Part shown: in pieces, positions 11,488 through 25,142 of the stretch
Position numbering within the stretch: position 1 is the first letter of the stretch
How the letters are laid out: each line of letters starts with the position of its first letter
DNA from: Octopus sinensis
Taxonomy: Eukaryota
Direction of reading: 5' to 3'
NCBI RefSeq assembly: GCF_006345805.1
Contig: NC_043022.1
Coordinates: 12,648,001 to 12,712,000 of the forward strand
DNA length: 64,000 nt
Translations under genes and position numbers: made by a program
The notes under the pieces: model-generated
Database searches by the model: none
The model's input: only the letters and a program-made list of their open reading frames with translations
What the model was told of the DNA's origin: nothing

Positions 11488-12951
11488 CACTGCATTTCAA
11501 ATTAATGAGATAACGCTTTTTTATTTTATTTAAAAACCACTTGTTGAAATTCAACGAAATTTTAACAGAATGATGGCTACAATTATATGTGCATGGAGTA
11601 TAAAATAACATGAGATTCTGCAAAACAACACAAACTATGGCCGTTTACCAAATTTACATAAACTTTCACAGTTTCAAATTATTAGTGAGGTATAATTAAA
11701 ACTCATGTAAACAAAAAATACCAATTTAATTGTTTGGTGTACGTACTGAAATGAATACATGCAGTCATAAACATGAAAGAAATAGAAATAAACAAGCAAG
11801 AATGATAGGTGAGCTGGTTAGTGAGGGGTATATGAGCCTTTGTTTGAAATAGGTTGGGAAAGGCGCTGGTCTATGGAACATGCTAATTTTTAATCCCCTC
11901 AGATGTATACCATGAAATACATCCACTATTGCCGGACACAGTTCATCCTTGCTCCTAAACTGGTGTCCATTCTTGTAAACTCACCACTTTAGAATACTCC
12001 ACAAGTTTTTCTATTGGCTTTTAAGTCAGGGGATCAGGCAGGCCACTTAATCTTCCAAAGTTCACAGAAGCCTAATTGTTGCAGATATTCTAGTTTTCTT
12101 CACTGAATGTGAGAACGCATTATCTTGCATGAATATTATGATTCTTGAAGGTGATCATTTACATTTTTAACCAAAATTCAAGGTGCTCCCTCAGAAAGGT
12201 TGTGTATGCATCCGCAGTCATTTTAACACCGTCAGGTACTTTCCAAGGACCAACTATAATACCTCCAATACTGCCCAAATCATGATGCCTCCTCCCCTTT
12301 GTTGACATCTGAAGTGTTGATGACGATCTTGTCCATTTACAACCTTTCCCTTGCTCCATGAAAAGTTGATCTTCATGTTATCTTCTGACAATTTCAGATG
12401 ATTTTGTTTAAAAGAGGCCTTTTAACTGATGTCACTGGTTTACTGACCTTTTTCAGAAGACAACATCAAGCAGTTCTGGACACACTTGGTTCACCAATGC
12501 ACTTGAAAAGTTTTCTATTTGTAAGACCTGGGTTCTTCGTTACTTCACATTTATTTAATTCACGACAGAGAACTTTGAGAAGAAGCCCTCCACTGCCCCT
12601 TACGTATCTTCATAGGAGCTGATATTTTCCAATTATTTTAGATATTTCTAATGGTGGTTTGCCTTTTGCAAGTTCAGAAGTAATAACAGATTTCCCTGAA
12701 GCAGTTAAGTCACATTTACAACCCATAATTACACAATCATCAGACTATGAGTTAATAATTTGGAACACTGAAAATTCATGGAAATCATGCAAATAGTTGT
12801 GGTTTGTTTACACTAGTGCAAAACCTCACAATTTTTACATACAATGCGCATATAACTATTGCCATCATTCTGTGGGAATTTCATTGGATTCTGAGTAGTT
12901 TTTATATAAAATTTTTAAAATGTTACATTGTTAATGATTTAAAACACAGTG
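11488..12951 (-). mobile_element. Tc1-family (DD34E) DNA transposon, near full length, pseudogenised
   Basis: TA|CACTGCATTTCAAATTAATGAGATAAC left end; degenerate right TIR ...TTAATGATTTAAAACACAGTG. Minus-strand transposase remnants KCDLTASGKSVITSELAKGK, IVGPWKVPDGVKMTADAYTTFL, KWPA*SPDL, DQRL with many stops and frameshifts. Confidence 0.85.
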
Positions 12952-14211
12952 GATATATATATGTAGGTACAACATTGATTTTCTGGAACCTTTGGTTCCA
13001 AAGCCTTTTCTGATTACTAATTTTTCTGAATCAGGGGTGGTCACCCCTAAGTTAAGCAAATATTTAATTAAATGAAATACGGGTACCTGTATATTAGTGT
13101 AAATGGTACAAGTTTATAAATACTGTGCTGTGAAACAGGGCCACCTGGTAAACCACTCTGATAGCTGCAGGAATTTGAAGTTCCTGCCCTTAAATTAGCT
13201 CAGTTTATAAGATTCCAGACTATCATTGTCCAGAAAGTCAGTGTTGTATCTGTATATATATAAGCCTTTCACTTTTTTAGCCCAATATTTACATATTGTA
13301 TCTATAGCTTTATTTGCTTTGAGATCCACGCACGTACATATGACAAAGAAGTTCACTTGTGATTTTTGGTTCAGTATCTTCTATTATAGTCCCAGGTCAG
13401 CCAAAGGCTTTTGAGTTAATTTGGTTGGTGGAAACTGAAAAGAAGCTTATCACACACACAAACATATGTATGAGTAGGTTTCTGCCCATTTGTTGCCATT
13501 ATGCTAATTGTAAAAAAAAACATCACCATCATACAAGCAATATTGTTTGTTTACAATCTGTCACAAAGGTATGTCCAGACTAGCAGAAAATGTTACCTTA
13601 CTTGGGAACAGATGGTGGTTGGTGACAAAAAGGACATCCAAACATAGAAAAATCTGTTTTAACAAATTTTGTCTTAAAATGACATAAATCATCAGCATTT
13701 AACATTCATGTTCCATGCTGGCTGGGCTTGAATGGTGTGACAGGATTCAATGGGTCTAAAGAATGCATCATGGTTTTGGCAATAGGATTCCCTTCCTGAT
13801 GTCAACCACTTTATAGGATGTACTGAGTGCTTTTCTCACGTAACTAGCACTAGTGAAATTACAATGCAGCTTGCATGCCTATGAAACCTGAGGGGTGAGG
13901 TTTTGTACTAGCAGATGAGAGTTAAGACATGATAGAAATGGGTAGGGCAGAGATGGGCTTTTGTTGGGTAGCTACATAGCTACTCACATTTAGGAGAGAG
14001 TGAGAAATGCATCAGTGGTAGCAGCAAAGAGCTAAATAGTGGTGATGAGGTGTCCAGGTAGTACATTTTTTTATATATATATATATATATATACTCATTC
14101 ACATACATACAGACATATCTGTGTGCATCAATGTATATAAAGTAATAAGGTTAGCATATAAATACATTTCAGTACAGGAGGGTGCAGATATATAGTGTTG
14201 CAATATGTGTA

Positions 14212-14614
14212 TACTCTCTTTTACTTGTTTCAGTCATTTTGACTGCGGCCATGCTGGAGCACTGCTTTTAGTTGAGCAAATCGACCCCGGGACTTATTCT
14301 TTGTAAGCCCAGTACTTATTCTATCGGTCTCTTTTGCTGAACCGCTAAGTGACGGGGACGTAAACACACCAGCATCGGTTGTCAAGCAATGCTAGAGGGA
14401 CAAACACAGACACACAAACATATACACACACATACATACATATATATATACGACAGGCTTCTTTCAGTTTCTGTCCACCAAATCCACTCACAAGGATTTG
14501 GTTGGCCCGAGGCTATAGCAGAAGACACTTGCCCAAGATGCCACGCAGTGGGACTGAACCCGGAACCATGTGGTTGGTTAGCAAGCTACTTACCACACAG
14601 CGACTCCTGCGCCT
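14212..14614 (-). mobile_element. SINE family A, full length
   Basis: Same sequence as 2655-3056, with intact head AGGCGCAGGAGT. Confidence 0.92.
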
Positions 14615-14844
14615 ATGTGTGAAAATATATAAGAAGTTGATTGTTATGGTCAGTCAGAGAGTGATCATTGGTTTCACACCTATAAAGCACTTAGCCATGT
14701 AGGTAACTTGTCAGACTTAAATGGCCATATGCACATAACCTCTCTGACAGGCCATGACAATCAACTTTCTAAAAATATATTACTGCTCTAGTGTTTTAGA
14801 ATGTGCTTCGTTTTTGGATATATGAACTGACGATATACATATAT

Positions 14845-15200
14845 ATGTATGGTGGCAAGATGTAGACCTTGAATGCTGATGTTTTAAGGACACTGAAATG
14901 AAGTGAAATGTAATGTTAGTGTACATGAACAACAAAATAAATGAGATGGGGAAGCAACTGGAATATAAGAGGAATCAAATGACACAATGTGCAAGAGACA
15001 AGAATGTGCTGATACAGACGTGATATGTATGGCAGACGACAGCTTTTATAAAGAAGTGCCAAGCACTGAAAATTGACATAAGCTGTGGATGAGGAGGAGG
15101 AGGAGGAGGGAGACCAAGGAAGACACAGAAACAAAGTAGTAAAGACTGATTTGAAGCTAGTGGAACTTCACAAAGGAAATGAGAAAGGACTGCAACAAAT
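14845..15200 (+). mobile_element. Degenerate RTE LINE C-terminal fragment
   Basis: YGG..TL, GRPRKT..VVKTDL remnants. Confidence 0.6.
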
Positions 15201-15879
15201 GGTGACATGCAATGCAGAAGAAGGATGGTTTATCTGTATAAAGTATTGGGAGTGGGGGAAAGTATGTTCGTTTTGGAAACTGGGGAGTGGGGTTTGATAT
15301 ATCTATATTTGGGTCTCTTGTGCATTGTCTTCCAGTTTAGTCTCCATCTGTTCCCTACTTCTCGCCCTTATCCTCCAATCTGGCGCTCACCCTCACTGTT
15401 CTGCTTGTTACTCATTGTGCTCTACATCACCTGTGAGATAGTTCAGATCAATACATATTCAATACACACCGCCAACATCCTTCTGTAGTGCCAGCTATCA
15501 CTTCCTCTCTTCCAAGTCACTTGTTAACAGCCATCTCTCCCTTCCTATCCATTTCTCTCTCTCTCTCATATACACATGCATTACTCCTGCCTTCATCTTC
15601 CATATACATCATTCTCATACACTTCATAACTCCCTTTTTCTCAGTCTATTTTCCATACCACTCATTTTGTGTTTCTATGCAATCCCCTACCAGCTACTAT
15701 GTAGCCGCCATAACTATCTCCTTTCCATTACTCCCTTCTATACTAGCCTTTCATACCTATCACTGTTTACACCATTATAACTATTCTTATTTCCTATTCC
15801 CTCATTTGGTCACATCTTCAATAAACAGACAACATGGAGTAATGAGCAGGAGGAAAAAGGACTAATAGAAAGGAGAAAT

Positions 15880-17830
15880 GGAAGTTCCTTTGGGACAACC
15901 TATTGAGAGCAAAGGATCAAATCTGGCTAGTGCAATGTTCCAGCCAGACCAAGGTTTATGTTATGACAGAGCCATAAAAGAGAAGAAACAGGAATGGGGG
16001 TAACAGAGAAATATACCAGATAGCTAGAAGAGAAGCTAGGTGACAGGTCTATCTAGCAAAAGGAAAAGCAGAAAGGAAGAGGTTTGTCAATGCTTTGAGG
16101 TACAAGGTGTTCCAGATTGGAAGACAGTGTATTAAAGAAAATCATCATGTAGGAGAGAAATGTATGAATGGACAATAGTACGCTTGCACTTAGTGAATCT
16201 GAAAATAAAGGCAACAAAGTGCCATTATGAAAGGCTGCTAAATGTGGAGAAAGCATGGAAAAAGGAGAGTTGTCCTGATGAGGACCCAATAGATGGACCA
16301 GTTAACCAAATTCAAAGCAGTATGATAGATAAAGCAATCAGGGATATGAAGGTGGAAATCCCCAGGACCATCAGGAATTACTGTTGAGATGCTCAAAATA
16401 TCTGGAAGTGGGATACAGCCTAATCACTGGTATGGCTAATGAGGTTGTCCAGGAAGGTTTCATACCCAACAACTGGTGTAGCAGCATTAGAGACCACTGC
16501 TACAAAGGTAAAGGTGATGCCTTAGAAATAATTACAGAGGTATCAAATTGCTGGACCAGGTCATGAAAGTTACAGGAAGGATCATAGCTCAACAAAGTAG
16601 GAAAAGTTAACCTAAATGAGATGCAGATTGGTTTTGTGCCAGAGAGAAGCACTACTGATTCTACCCTAGTAAGGCAACTTCAGAAGAAGCAATTAACCAA
16701 AAATAAACCATTGTACTTGGCATTTGTTGACATAGAGAAAGCCTTTGAAAGGGTCCTTCACCCTTATCTGGTGGTTGCTAGGAATAGATGAATATCTAGT
16801 GAGAGCTGTCCAAGGCATGCTGTCAGATAAAATGGAAGTCAGGTATGAGTGGCAGTGAATTTTGTGTGCAGGTAGGAATTCACCAGAGCTTGGTTCTCAG
16901 CCCCTTCTTATCTTAGTTCTCCATGACAGAGAAGTTTAAGACTGATTACCCACGAGAGCTCCTTTATGCTAATGACTTTGTTCCTGTAGTAGAATTAGAG
17001 AAGAAATTTCAGATGTGGGAGTAAAACCTCAGAATCCAAAGACCTTAAAGTTAACTTAGAAAACATCAAAGTCCTAGTAAACAGGAAAACAAATTACTAA
17101 TCCCTTCAAGGAATGACCCTATCCAATATGTACAAAAGGTATGCTTAGAAATTCCATAGTGTACTCAGTGCAGGCTATAAGCACTTGAAAGGTGCAGTGG
17201 AATAACAGGGAAAATAGTGTGTCTGTGGCAGATGTGCAGGAACAATAAACACTAAGAACACACGGGAAATAGATTTCCTTAAATAACCAGGAAGATCCTT
17301 AGACATGGTAAATAGTTTTTTACAAGGTGACTTAATTAACATTGGAGAAAAATGTTCCGAAAGTATAAATGCCAGGATAAGAACCAGCTAGAGAAAGTTC
17401 AGAGGTCCTCACCTCAGAGTGAAAGGCAGATTGTATGATGCTTATGTATGAATAGCTGTGCTACATGGTAGTGAAACATTGGCTGCGAAAGCAAAGGCTT
17501 GAAAAAAATGAAGCCAGCATGCTCTGATGGATGGTCAAAATACAACAAAGTGTAAATGTGATGGGGAGAAAAATTGGGTATAAGAAGCATCAGATGTAGT
17601 GTACAAGAGAGATGACAGCATTTGTATTGCCATGTAATGTGTATGGATGAGAACAGCTGCATAAAGTGGTGCCAATCACAAAATGTGGATGAAACCTGTG
17701 AAAGAGGAAGATATGAAACAAAGCAGTGAAAAATGACCTCCAAATGTTGGACCTCATAGAGGAGGTGACAAAGGACCAAGATGATTGGCTGTACTTAAGA
17801 AGACCTATCCATCTAAGTAAAATTGATGTA
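15880..17830 (+). mobile_element. Degenerate RTE-clade LINE reverse-transcriptase fragment (~1.9 kb)
   Basis: Frameshifted motifs GPSGI, HCYKGKGDAL, NEMQIGFVP..STTD, LAFVDIEKAFERV, ELLYANDF, LKVN..KT, LHGSETL, RREDMKQ. Confidence 0.88.
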
Positions 17831-20800
17831 CAAACAGCATGTTTATGTCTGTCCTTGCTCACAACCTGTCTTTGACAAATCTCTCCCCAACAAACCATCT
17901 TCTCAACATGCCATTCCCCTCTCATCTAACTCCCATTCTCCTTTTGCACTTTCATGAACTTACCTGCACACAATCTGTCCCTGATAAATGTCCCCACACA
18001 CACACCTGTTTTCACCCACTACACATACACCCTTTTCACATTCTTGTGTGCTTACATGCCCACTTATCCAATCCCTCTTATATACATCCTATCTGCACCT
18101 TTTCCAATTGGGGTAACCATGTCTCACTGCAGCAAGACATCTGTTTCTGCCTCTATGTTATTCTAACCTCATCATTTGGCTTAAAGCTACCTCTCTCAAT
18201 AATACTCCTTCATCTAATGAGAAGTCATGCATTGCAAGTTATTTGGTGATTGAGCTGGTGCCATGTAAAAAGCACCCAGTACATTTTGTAAAGTGATTAG
18301 TAATAGGAAGGGCATCCAGGTTAAAAACAATGCCAAAGTAAACAGTAGATCTCAGCACAGTCTTCTAGCTCCCATCAAACAATCCAACCCATGCTAGCAT
18401 GGAAAATGGATGCTAAATTAATATAATGATATATACATATGTGTGTTTATATTTGGGTTCTATGACAGCTGTTTGCTGTGAGCAATATTGTCATCAGTTC
18501 TCTGGTCAATAGTTTAGCCATTTGCTTGAGGACTTTGAAGGTATGTGAATTAAGAAATCCTTTACTTGAAAAACAGGTACAAGTTAGCACATCTGGCTGT
18601 AAAACAATGTTTCAGTAATACATTCATCTAATCCATGCTAGCATAGATGAAAAAATAGAGATAAAATAAAAGCTTATTTCTCAACTATGTGATCTTGGAT
18701 TCAGTCCCACTTTGTGTGTCTTCTACTATAGCCCCAGGCTGAACAAAACTTGTTATTTGTGTATGCATATATAAGAGTGTATATTTGCATGCACCCTTGT
18801 CTTGATAGCGTGATGGTTGTAAACAAGTATCACCATCATATAAGCAATGTTGTTCATTTCTAGTCTTCCATGAATATGTCAGGCCATGGGGAAATACCTT
18901 GCTTGAAAATGAGGAAGGGCATCAAGCTGTAGGAAATCTGCCTCACCCATACAAGCATAGAAAAGTGGACATGAAATGATAATACATGCATGTAAATTTT
19001 ATATCTGTTCTTACTATACTAACATAGTTTGGACAAGAAATTTTGGGCAGTTTTCAACAACCAGATTCCTTTCCTGCTACCTCCCTTGTTTCCAAGTAAA
19101 AAACTTTATACCTTTGTATACATTATGTGGCACATAATGTACATCCTATTTACTTGTCACTGGTGCTGGAACAGTGTCAATGTGAGATCATATGAATACA
19201 AATATATACATACAGATATACACATTTAGTGAGTGAATCTGATAAACAAACTATCCGGAAAGTCATTGTGTGTGCATGTATATATGCCAGATCAGATTGG
19301 AGTCATGTGCAGCCATATGGTTTGCCAGACCTCAGTCAAATCGTCCAGCCCATGCTAGCATGGAAAGTGGACGTTAAACGATGATGATGATTCTGTACAC
19401 ACTTTATTCTGAGACTTAAGTAAGTTTAGTTCTAACTGGTTAGCAATATCATTATATGTAAGTGAAATCATAAAATATATATATTTGTATATGTCTCACC
19501 ACTGCTTGACAACCAGTGTAAGTTTGTTTACATCTCTGTAACTTAACTGCTTGGCAAAAAAAAAAAGGCAGACAGACATTGATTGTTTAACTAAACTTTT
19601 TAAAGTGGTGCCCCAGGATGGCCACTGCAATTATCCAAACACATAAAAGAATATATATATATACACTATATAAATGTGTACATATATACATATATGTGTG
19701 TGTGTGTGCATCTACATGATTATATGTACAATCATGAAATATATTAGATCACTAATCTTAAATAATGGAGAAAATTACAAGTCTTTTGTGGTTGGTGACA
19801 TGGTAGGGTTGTCATATTTTTCTCAAAATTCTACGAAATCCTGTTAAGTGGCACGTATGGAATATATACATTCATGTATTGAGTTTTATTTATACTATTT
19901 GTTCTACCAAACTTATATATACATATATATGTGTTTACAATTGCAGTCTATGAAAGTTACAAGCATTGTTGCTTCTGTCAACAAATCATCCATTTGCTTC
20001 GCAACTTTGTATGAAATATGAGATCCCCTTTCTTGAAAAACAGATACGGGTAAGTTATAACTGGATAAGAGGATGATCATCCAGCTATAAAACAATACCT
20101 TGATAAATTATTCATCGAACACCCCAAGCATTGAAAAACAAACACTAAAACAAAACAAATGAAAATATGGCCGATAAAGATTATCAACTTACTAATAAAA
20201 GTGCTTACACTGATGAAATAATGAAGGGACTGTTATAGTAGGACCATCTACGACTTTTCTTTCATACTCTCATGAACTTTCTTACCCATTCATACTACTT
20301 CTTTTATATTCACTTTCCTGTAACCTGAGAATATGTCCTGACATATCCTCACTATCTCCTTTCCTTTCCATTTGGTGTAACCATTATATCTCCCTACAGC
20401 AAGATACCTGTTCCTGTCCTTTTAGTCTCTAATCATCTGATATAAATCCACTTCCTTCAATACTACACCCCCACCTCATTCGAGGAGTCATCTTGCATGT
20501 TACCTAGTATTGTCACATGAGCCAGTGTGACATAAATAGCACCAACTACATTCTGTAAAGTGGTTGACATTAGGAAGGGCAACAGCTATAGAAACCTTGC
20601 CAGCATGGAAAATAGGCATTAAATGATGATAATGAAATGTTGTCTGTTACAAGATTATTTGTTACCATTTAGTCTGGAGGTAGTGAAGAAGGCATCTTCA
20701 AACCAGAGATCTGGACCAAATGCTTATAACTAGAGTCTATTGTAGGCACCAATGGACAGAGCAGGCAATGGATTATGTTTCTCACTATGGTAGGATTGGA

Positions 20801-21004
20801 ACTCAGAATGCAGAGCTGGAACTAATACCACAATGTATCTTTGTACAATGTGTATTGCCAGCCCATAACCTTTGATGTTTATTGTACCCAGATGCATGAA
20901 AGGGAAAATTAACACTGGGCAAAATTTAAACTCAACATGAAGGCTGGAATGAACACTGCAAGGGATTTTGTCTGATGTTCTAATGACTTGGCCAATTCCC
21001 TGCA

Positions 21005-21315
21005 GAGAGAGAGAGGCATCCTAGCAATGAATAATAATGTAGTTTACACTGACAGGGATTATACACGACTGTTATAGAGAGACATATCTTAGTTAAGAAT
21101 AACAATTTAGCTAGGACAGGAGTTACCTTAGCAGTAAATAACAATGTAGCTTATATTGACTAATTATACAACTGATGGAGAGACATATCTTAACAATGAC
21201 TTTCAATCAAGTTAAATTGACTAGTGTTAAGACTTGTAGAAAGACATATCTTAAGCACTGACTAACAAGCCAGTTTGTACAAGAAATAATATAACTTAGA
21301 AAAATATCTTAGTTG
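21005..21315. repeat. Degenerate ~55-65-bp tandem array anchored on AGAGACATATCTTA
   Basis: Motif at ~21077, 21178, 21238, 21298 with decayed units at ~21005 and 21120; shared AATAACAATGTAG and TTGACTA sub-motifs. Confidence 0.7.
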
Positions 21316-24300
21316 CAAACTTGAAAATGATTATAAAATGTGAGGAAAATTTTAAGTGTTTACCTGAAAATCCAATCAAAAACAGTTTCCTGAGGATTGT
21401 CTCTTTTTAAAATTAAATTTGTGTTATCAGCCTGCTTAACACATGCATTAAATATTTCTTGTTGAAGTAACAGCTACAATCATGAATACATCTTGTGCAT
21501 ATGGTATAGTTTTCATGTCACTGTTATAACTGTATGATAAGTTATAAGTCTCTCTCTCTCTTGGTTTTTCAAACTAACCGACTAAAGACATATCGGATGG
21601 GTAAATGTCATAGAAAGAAATTAGATCACGATGATAAAAAAAAAAAATGAAACTAAATAAATACTAATCTTCCTAAAATAAGTTGGTAACATGAAGCACC
21701 ATCTACGAAGGTTAGAAATCCTTACCATGTTATCAGCTAGGCTGTAATTATCTCAATTATATACACTAGCATATCTTGTCTTTGCAATACACTTTCAAAT
21801 GACATTTTTTTCTTTTTTTTTAGAGAATATCAAATCCATTTGAAATTGCTTCTCATGGGTGATAGCGACATGTTAACACTAGTAAAATCACATGCTACAC
21901 CAGATAGAAACTAAAACCCCAAGCAGATTATTTAAAAAGCAGAACATGTATATATAAATAAAAATATATTTTGGTCATGTTAGTCTCTTGCTACTCTCAG
22001 TTTATAAATATTTATCTCTACAGTACTAAGTAGTCTTTAACCCGATAGTCAACACTATGTGCGTGTATATATATATATATATACATACATCATCATCGTT
22101 TAACATCTGCTTTCCATGCTAGCATGGGTTGGACAATTTGAAAGTCTAGCAAACCAGATGGCTGCACCAGACTCCAAGCTGATCTGGCAGAGTTTCTACA
22201 GCTGGATGCCCTTCCTAACGCCACACACACAATCTGAAGATTATTTTACTAATCATCAGAAATAAGTGACTAGAGAATTTTTATATTCCTGGGATTTATC
22301 ATTTTAATGATTACTTTTTTTTTCCCCTGCTTGCATAAGTCAGACAGAATTTGTTGAGGCAGATTTTCATTGACTGGGTACCTTTTCTGTCACCTGTTTC
22401 CAAGTAAGTTAATATTTCCTCATGGCTGGATATGTTTTCAAACACTAGAAATGAATGGCCATGGTATGCTTAAACTAAACAAAGAGACATATATGCTATC
22501 AGTGGACTTCTTTCAGTTTCCACCTAACAAATCTACTCAAGGTTTTGGTCAGCCTGTAACAGATACTTGCCCAAGGTTCCACACAGTAGGAATGGATGTG
22601 AAACAATATAGTTACAAATCAAATTTCTAAACCACATAGCCTGTGCTTATATAGTAACTTGTATTTTTTTTTTATGTTCTTCAATTAATGTTCTGCTTAA
22701 TGACACAGACTGACAAGGGTCTATCAAAGCCAGAAGCAGAGTAACTTAAATGGATAACTCAAAGTAAAACTTAAATCTCACAGATATTTTAGAATCCAAT
22801 GTTTTGCCAGAAAACAATAAAAAGAAATTTTATCTTTGAAATTGACTGTACTTTAAAGTTTTCAGATCTTACACAATGATCTTTCTTAATGATATTTGTG
22901 TTAATTAGCCATTAAAAGGCAAACAGATTCATCTATTGACTCTGCTAGAGTCTAAAACAAGAATGATCACTTCAAAAATATACTATGAAAGTCATTTATT
23001 ATATTCAGCAATAATGTTTTCAACTAGTTTTTGCTATAAAAATCATTAAGACCCAAACACTATTTACTTAATTTTAGCTGGATATTACCATCAGCTGGTT
23101 ATTGTTATTGAAAAAAACTTGCCCTCAAGGTACTTTAAGCAACTTTATCTATTTACATATTCACACACACATTTAATACTGACCTTGAAAGAAAGTACTC
23201 AACATAGTAGATCTATTGTAACAAAATGACAAATCTAACAATAGCTGCTCCAAAAAACATGTTCAAATACCACTATGCCTTTCTAGAACTATCGTTTCAG
23301 AGCAACTTTCCTTCTTCACCCTTGTGTCCCAACATTTTTTGCCCCATTTCCTCTCAAAATAACTTTTTCTCCATACCAACTGTCAGTTCCCTGTAACTGC
23401 TAAACTGCAGGCTTGGGGAACCATATGAAAGCTATTGACAGTAATGCCTTCACTAATGGGTAATTCCTTAATTTCTCACAAGATTAATATCAGAAATCTA
23501 GTGCTGCCCCCAAACCTCTTTCCTGAGTAGTCATGTACGGATCATGATGGAGAGGAGGATGAGAGGTACTTTTAATGGACACACAAAGTTGGAAGATTCT
23601 GGTATGGACATCTCGGTAAAACTTTATATGTGTGTGTGTGTACATATATATATATGAAAAGGCATAATGTATGCCTGTTTGTGTGAAGACATCCACATTG
23701 TATATATATATATATATAAAGTCAACAAGTAAAACACTTAGTCCATAAAATATTGTGATGTGGCCTTTATGCAGTTATCAAGGAACAGAATATAATGACT
23801 TAAGTTTCATGCTGATATAGTGTTGGTTGTGCTTAGTTTAAGTGCAGCTGTAATTATCAAGTTGTATGCTGAAAATAGCTTCTGTTAATCTGTGAGATAA
23901 AATGACGAAGCACAAGAATCAAAAGAAATAAAAAGGGTGATAACTCCTCTTATTGAAATAATAAGGAATCTTTATTAAAAGAGCATGGAGAGATCAGATA
24001 GGAGTAAACAGAAATATACACAATCTGCAAATGCACATCAGTACATACACACCTGCATCCATATTTACACAAACCTGCACACACACCTAAACAGTCATAC
24101 ACATACAGGCACCCACTTAGTATCATATGTATCTAGAACAGCTTGGCCCTGAGGGGTTTTGCTAGCATGACTAGGTACTGTTATAGGAGTGGAAAAAGTG
24201 CAAAGAAAGGAAATAAGGTAGTGAAGGAGATAAAAACTATAGAATGAAGTGAGTGTGTCTAATGATGGTGAAGTTTTTCAATTTGATAGAATGAACTTTG

Positions 24301-24469
24301 GGGACATTGGCTAAAAATCTCATTTCTAAAGTTAGACAATTCACTGGGTTCTTAAACCTGGTAGAATGTGCATTCTTTTCATTGTGCAAAACCAGTAAGA
24401 TTTTGATGAATGGTTTCTTTTTTTTTTTCAAATATGGCTGGTTAGTATTGTGTAATTTCTCTTGCTGAC

Positions 24470-25142
24470 ATATAATAATAATGAAATTATTGTATACAGT
24501 GCTCAGGTGCACCACAACTTGTCAAAAGTGCATATAAAGTACATGCAGTAATGTTCAAATGTCTGAAGAGTGTATGAGTCAGATACATGCTTGCATGTGT
24601 ATGGAGGGGAAGAGAAGATCAGGTGTAGTGTTGGCGAATCTCAGAAAGCATGGAAGTTCTGAAGGATGCAGTGCTCCGACAACTAACAACAGATGCCGGC
24701 AGTTTGTTCCATGCTTCAGCAACTCTCAGCGTGAAAAAATGTTTCCTAAAGTCATAGGAGCTGTGCTGTTTTCTGACTTTGTAAATATGTCCACGGGTGT
24801 TAGATGGGTGGAGTTTGAAAAGGTGCTCAGAGTTATTGTTTGTAAGATGGTAGATAATTTTATGGGTGGCTGCCAGGCGTCAGAGTTTCAATGTGTCCAT
24901 GCCCAGGGAAGTAAGGCGTTCAGAATATGGCAAATGCCTGATGGAGAGTATTCTTTTGGTTGCACGTCGCTGAATGGCTTCCAGATGATTGATATCCTGG
25001 GTAAGATAGGGGTTCCAGACCGGTGATGCAAATTCCAGGTGAGGTCTTACCATAGCTATATAAAGCCACAGATAGATAGTCAGAGAGCGGCTCACAAAGG
25101 ATTTGGTGAGTGATACCAAGACACCCTCAGCCTTCTTGACAG
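24470..25142 (-). mobile_element. Second 5'-truncated CR1/L2-group LINE with longer 3'UTR
   Basis: LYIAMVRPHLEFASPVWNPYL...QRRATKR; one in-frame stop; same terminal GTGCACCTGAGCACTGTATACAA + (ATT)n. Confidence 0.92.

Noticed and set aside
17955-17970. Strong minus-strand donor CAG|GTAAGT
   Set aside because: Lies in degenerate repeat-like DNA with no convincing upstream in-frame start.
24559-25026. 155-aa plus-strand ORF
   Set aside because: Antisense shadow of the CR1 LINE.
25046-25053. ATG|GTAAG Met-only exon look-alike
   Set aside because: It is the AM-VR codons of the CR1 RT.
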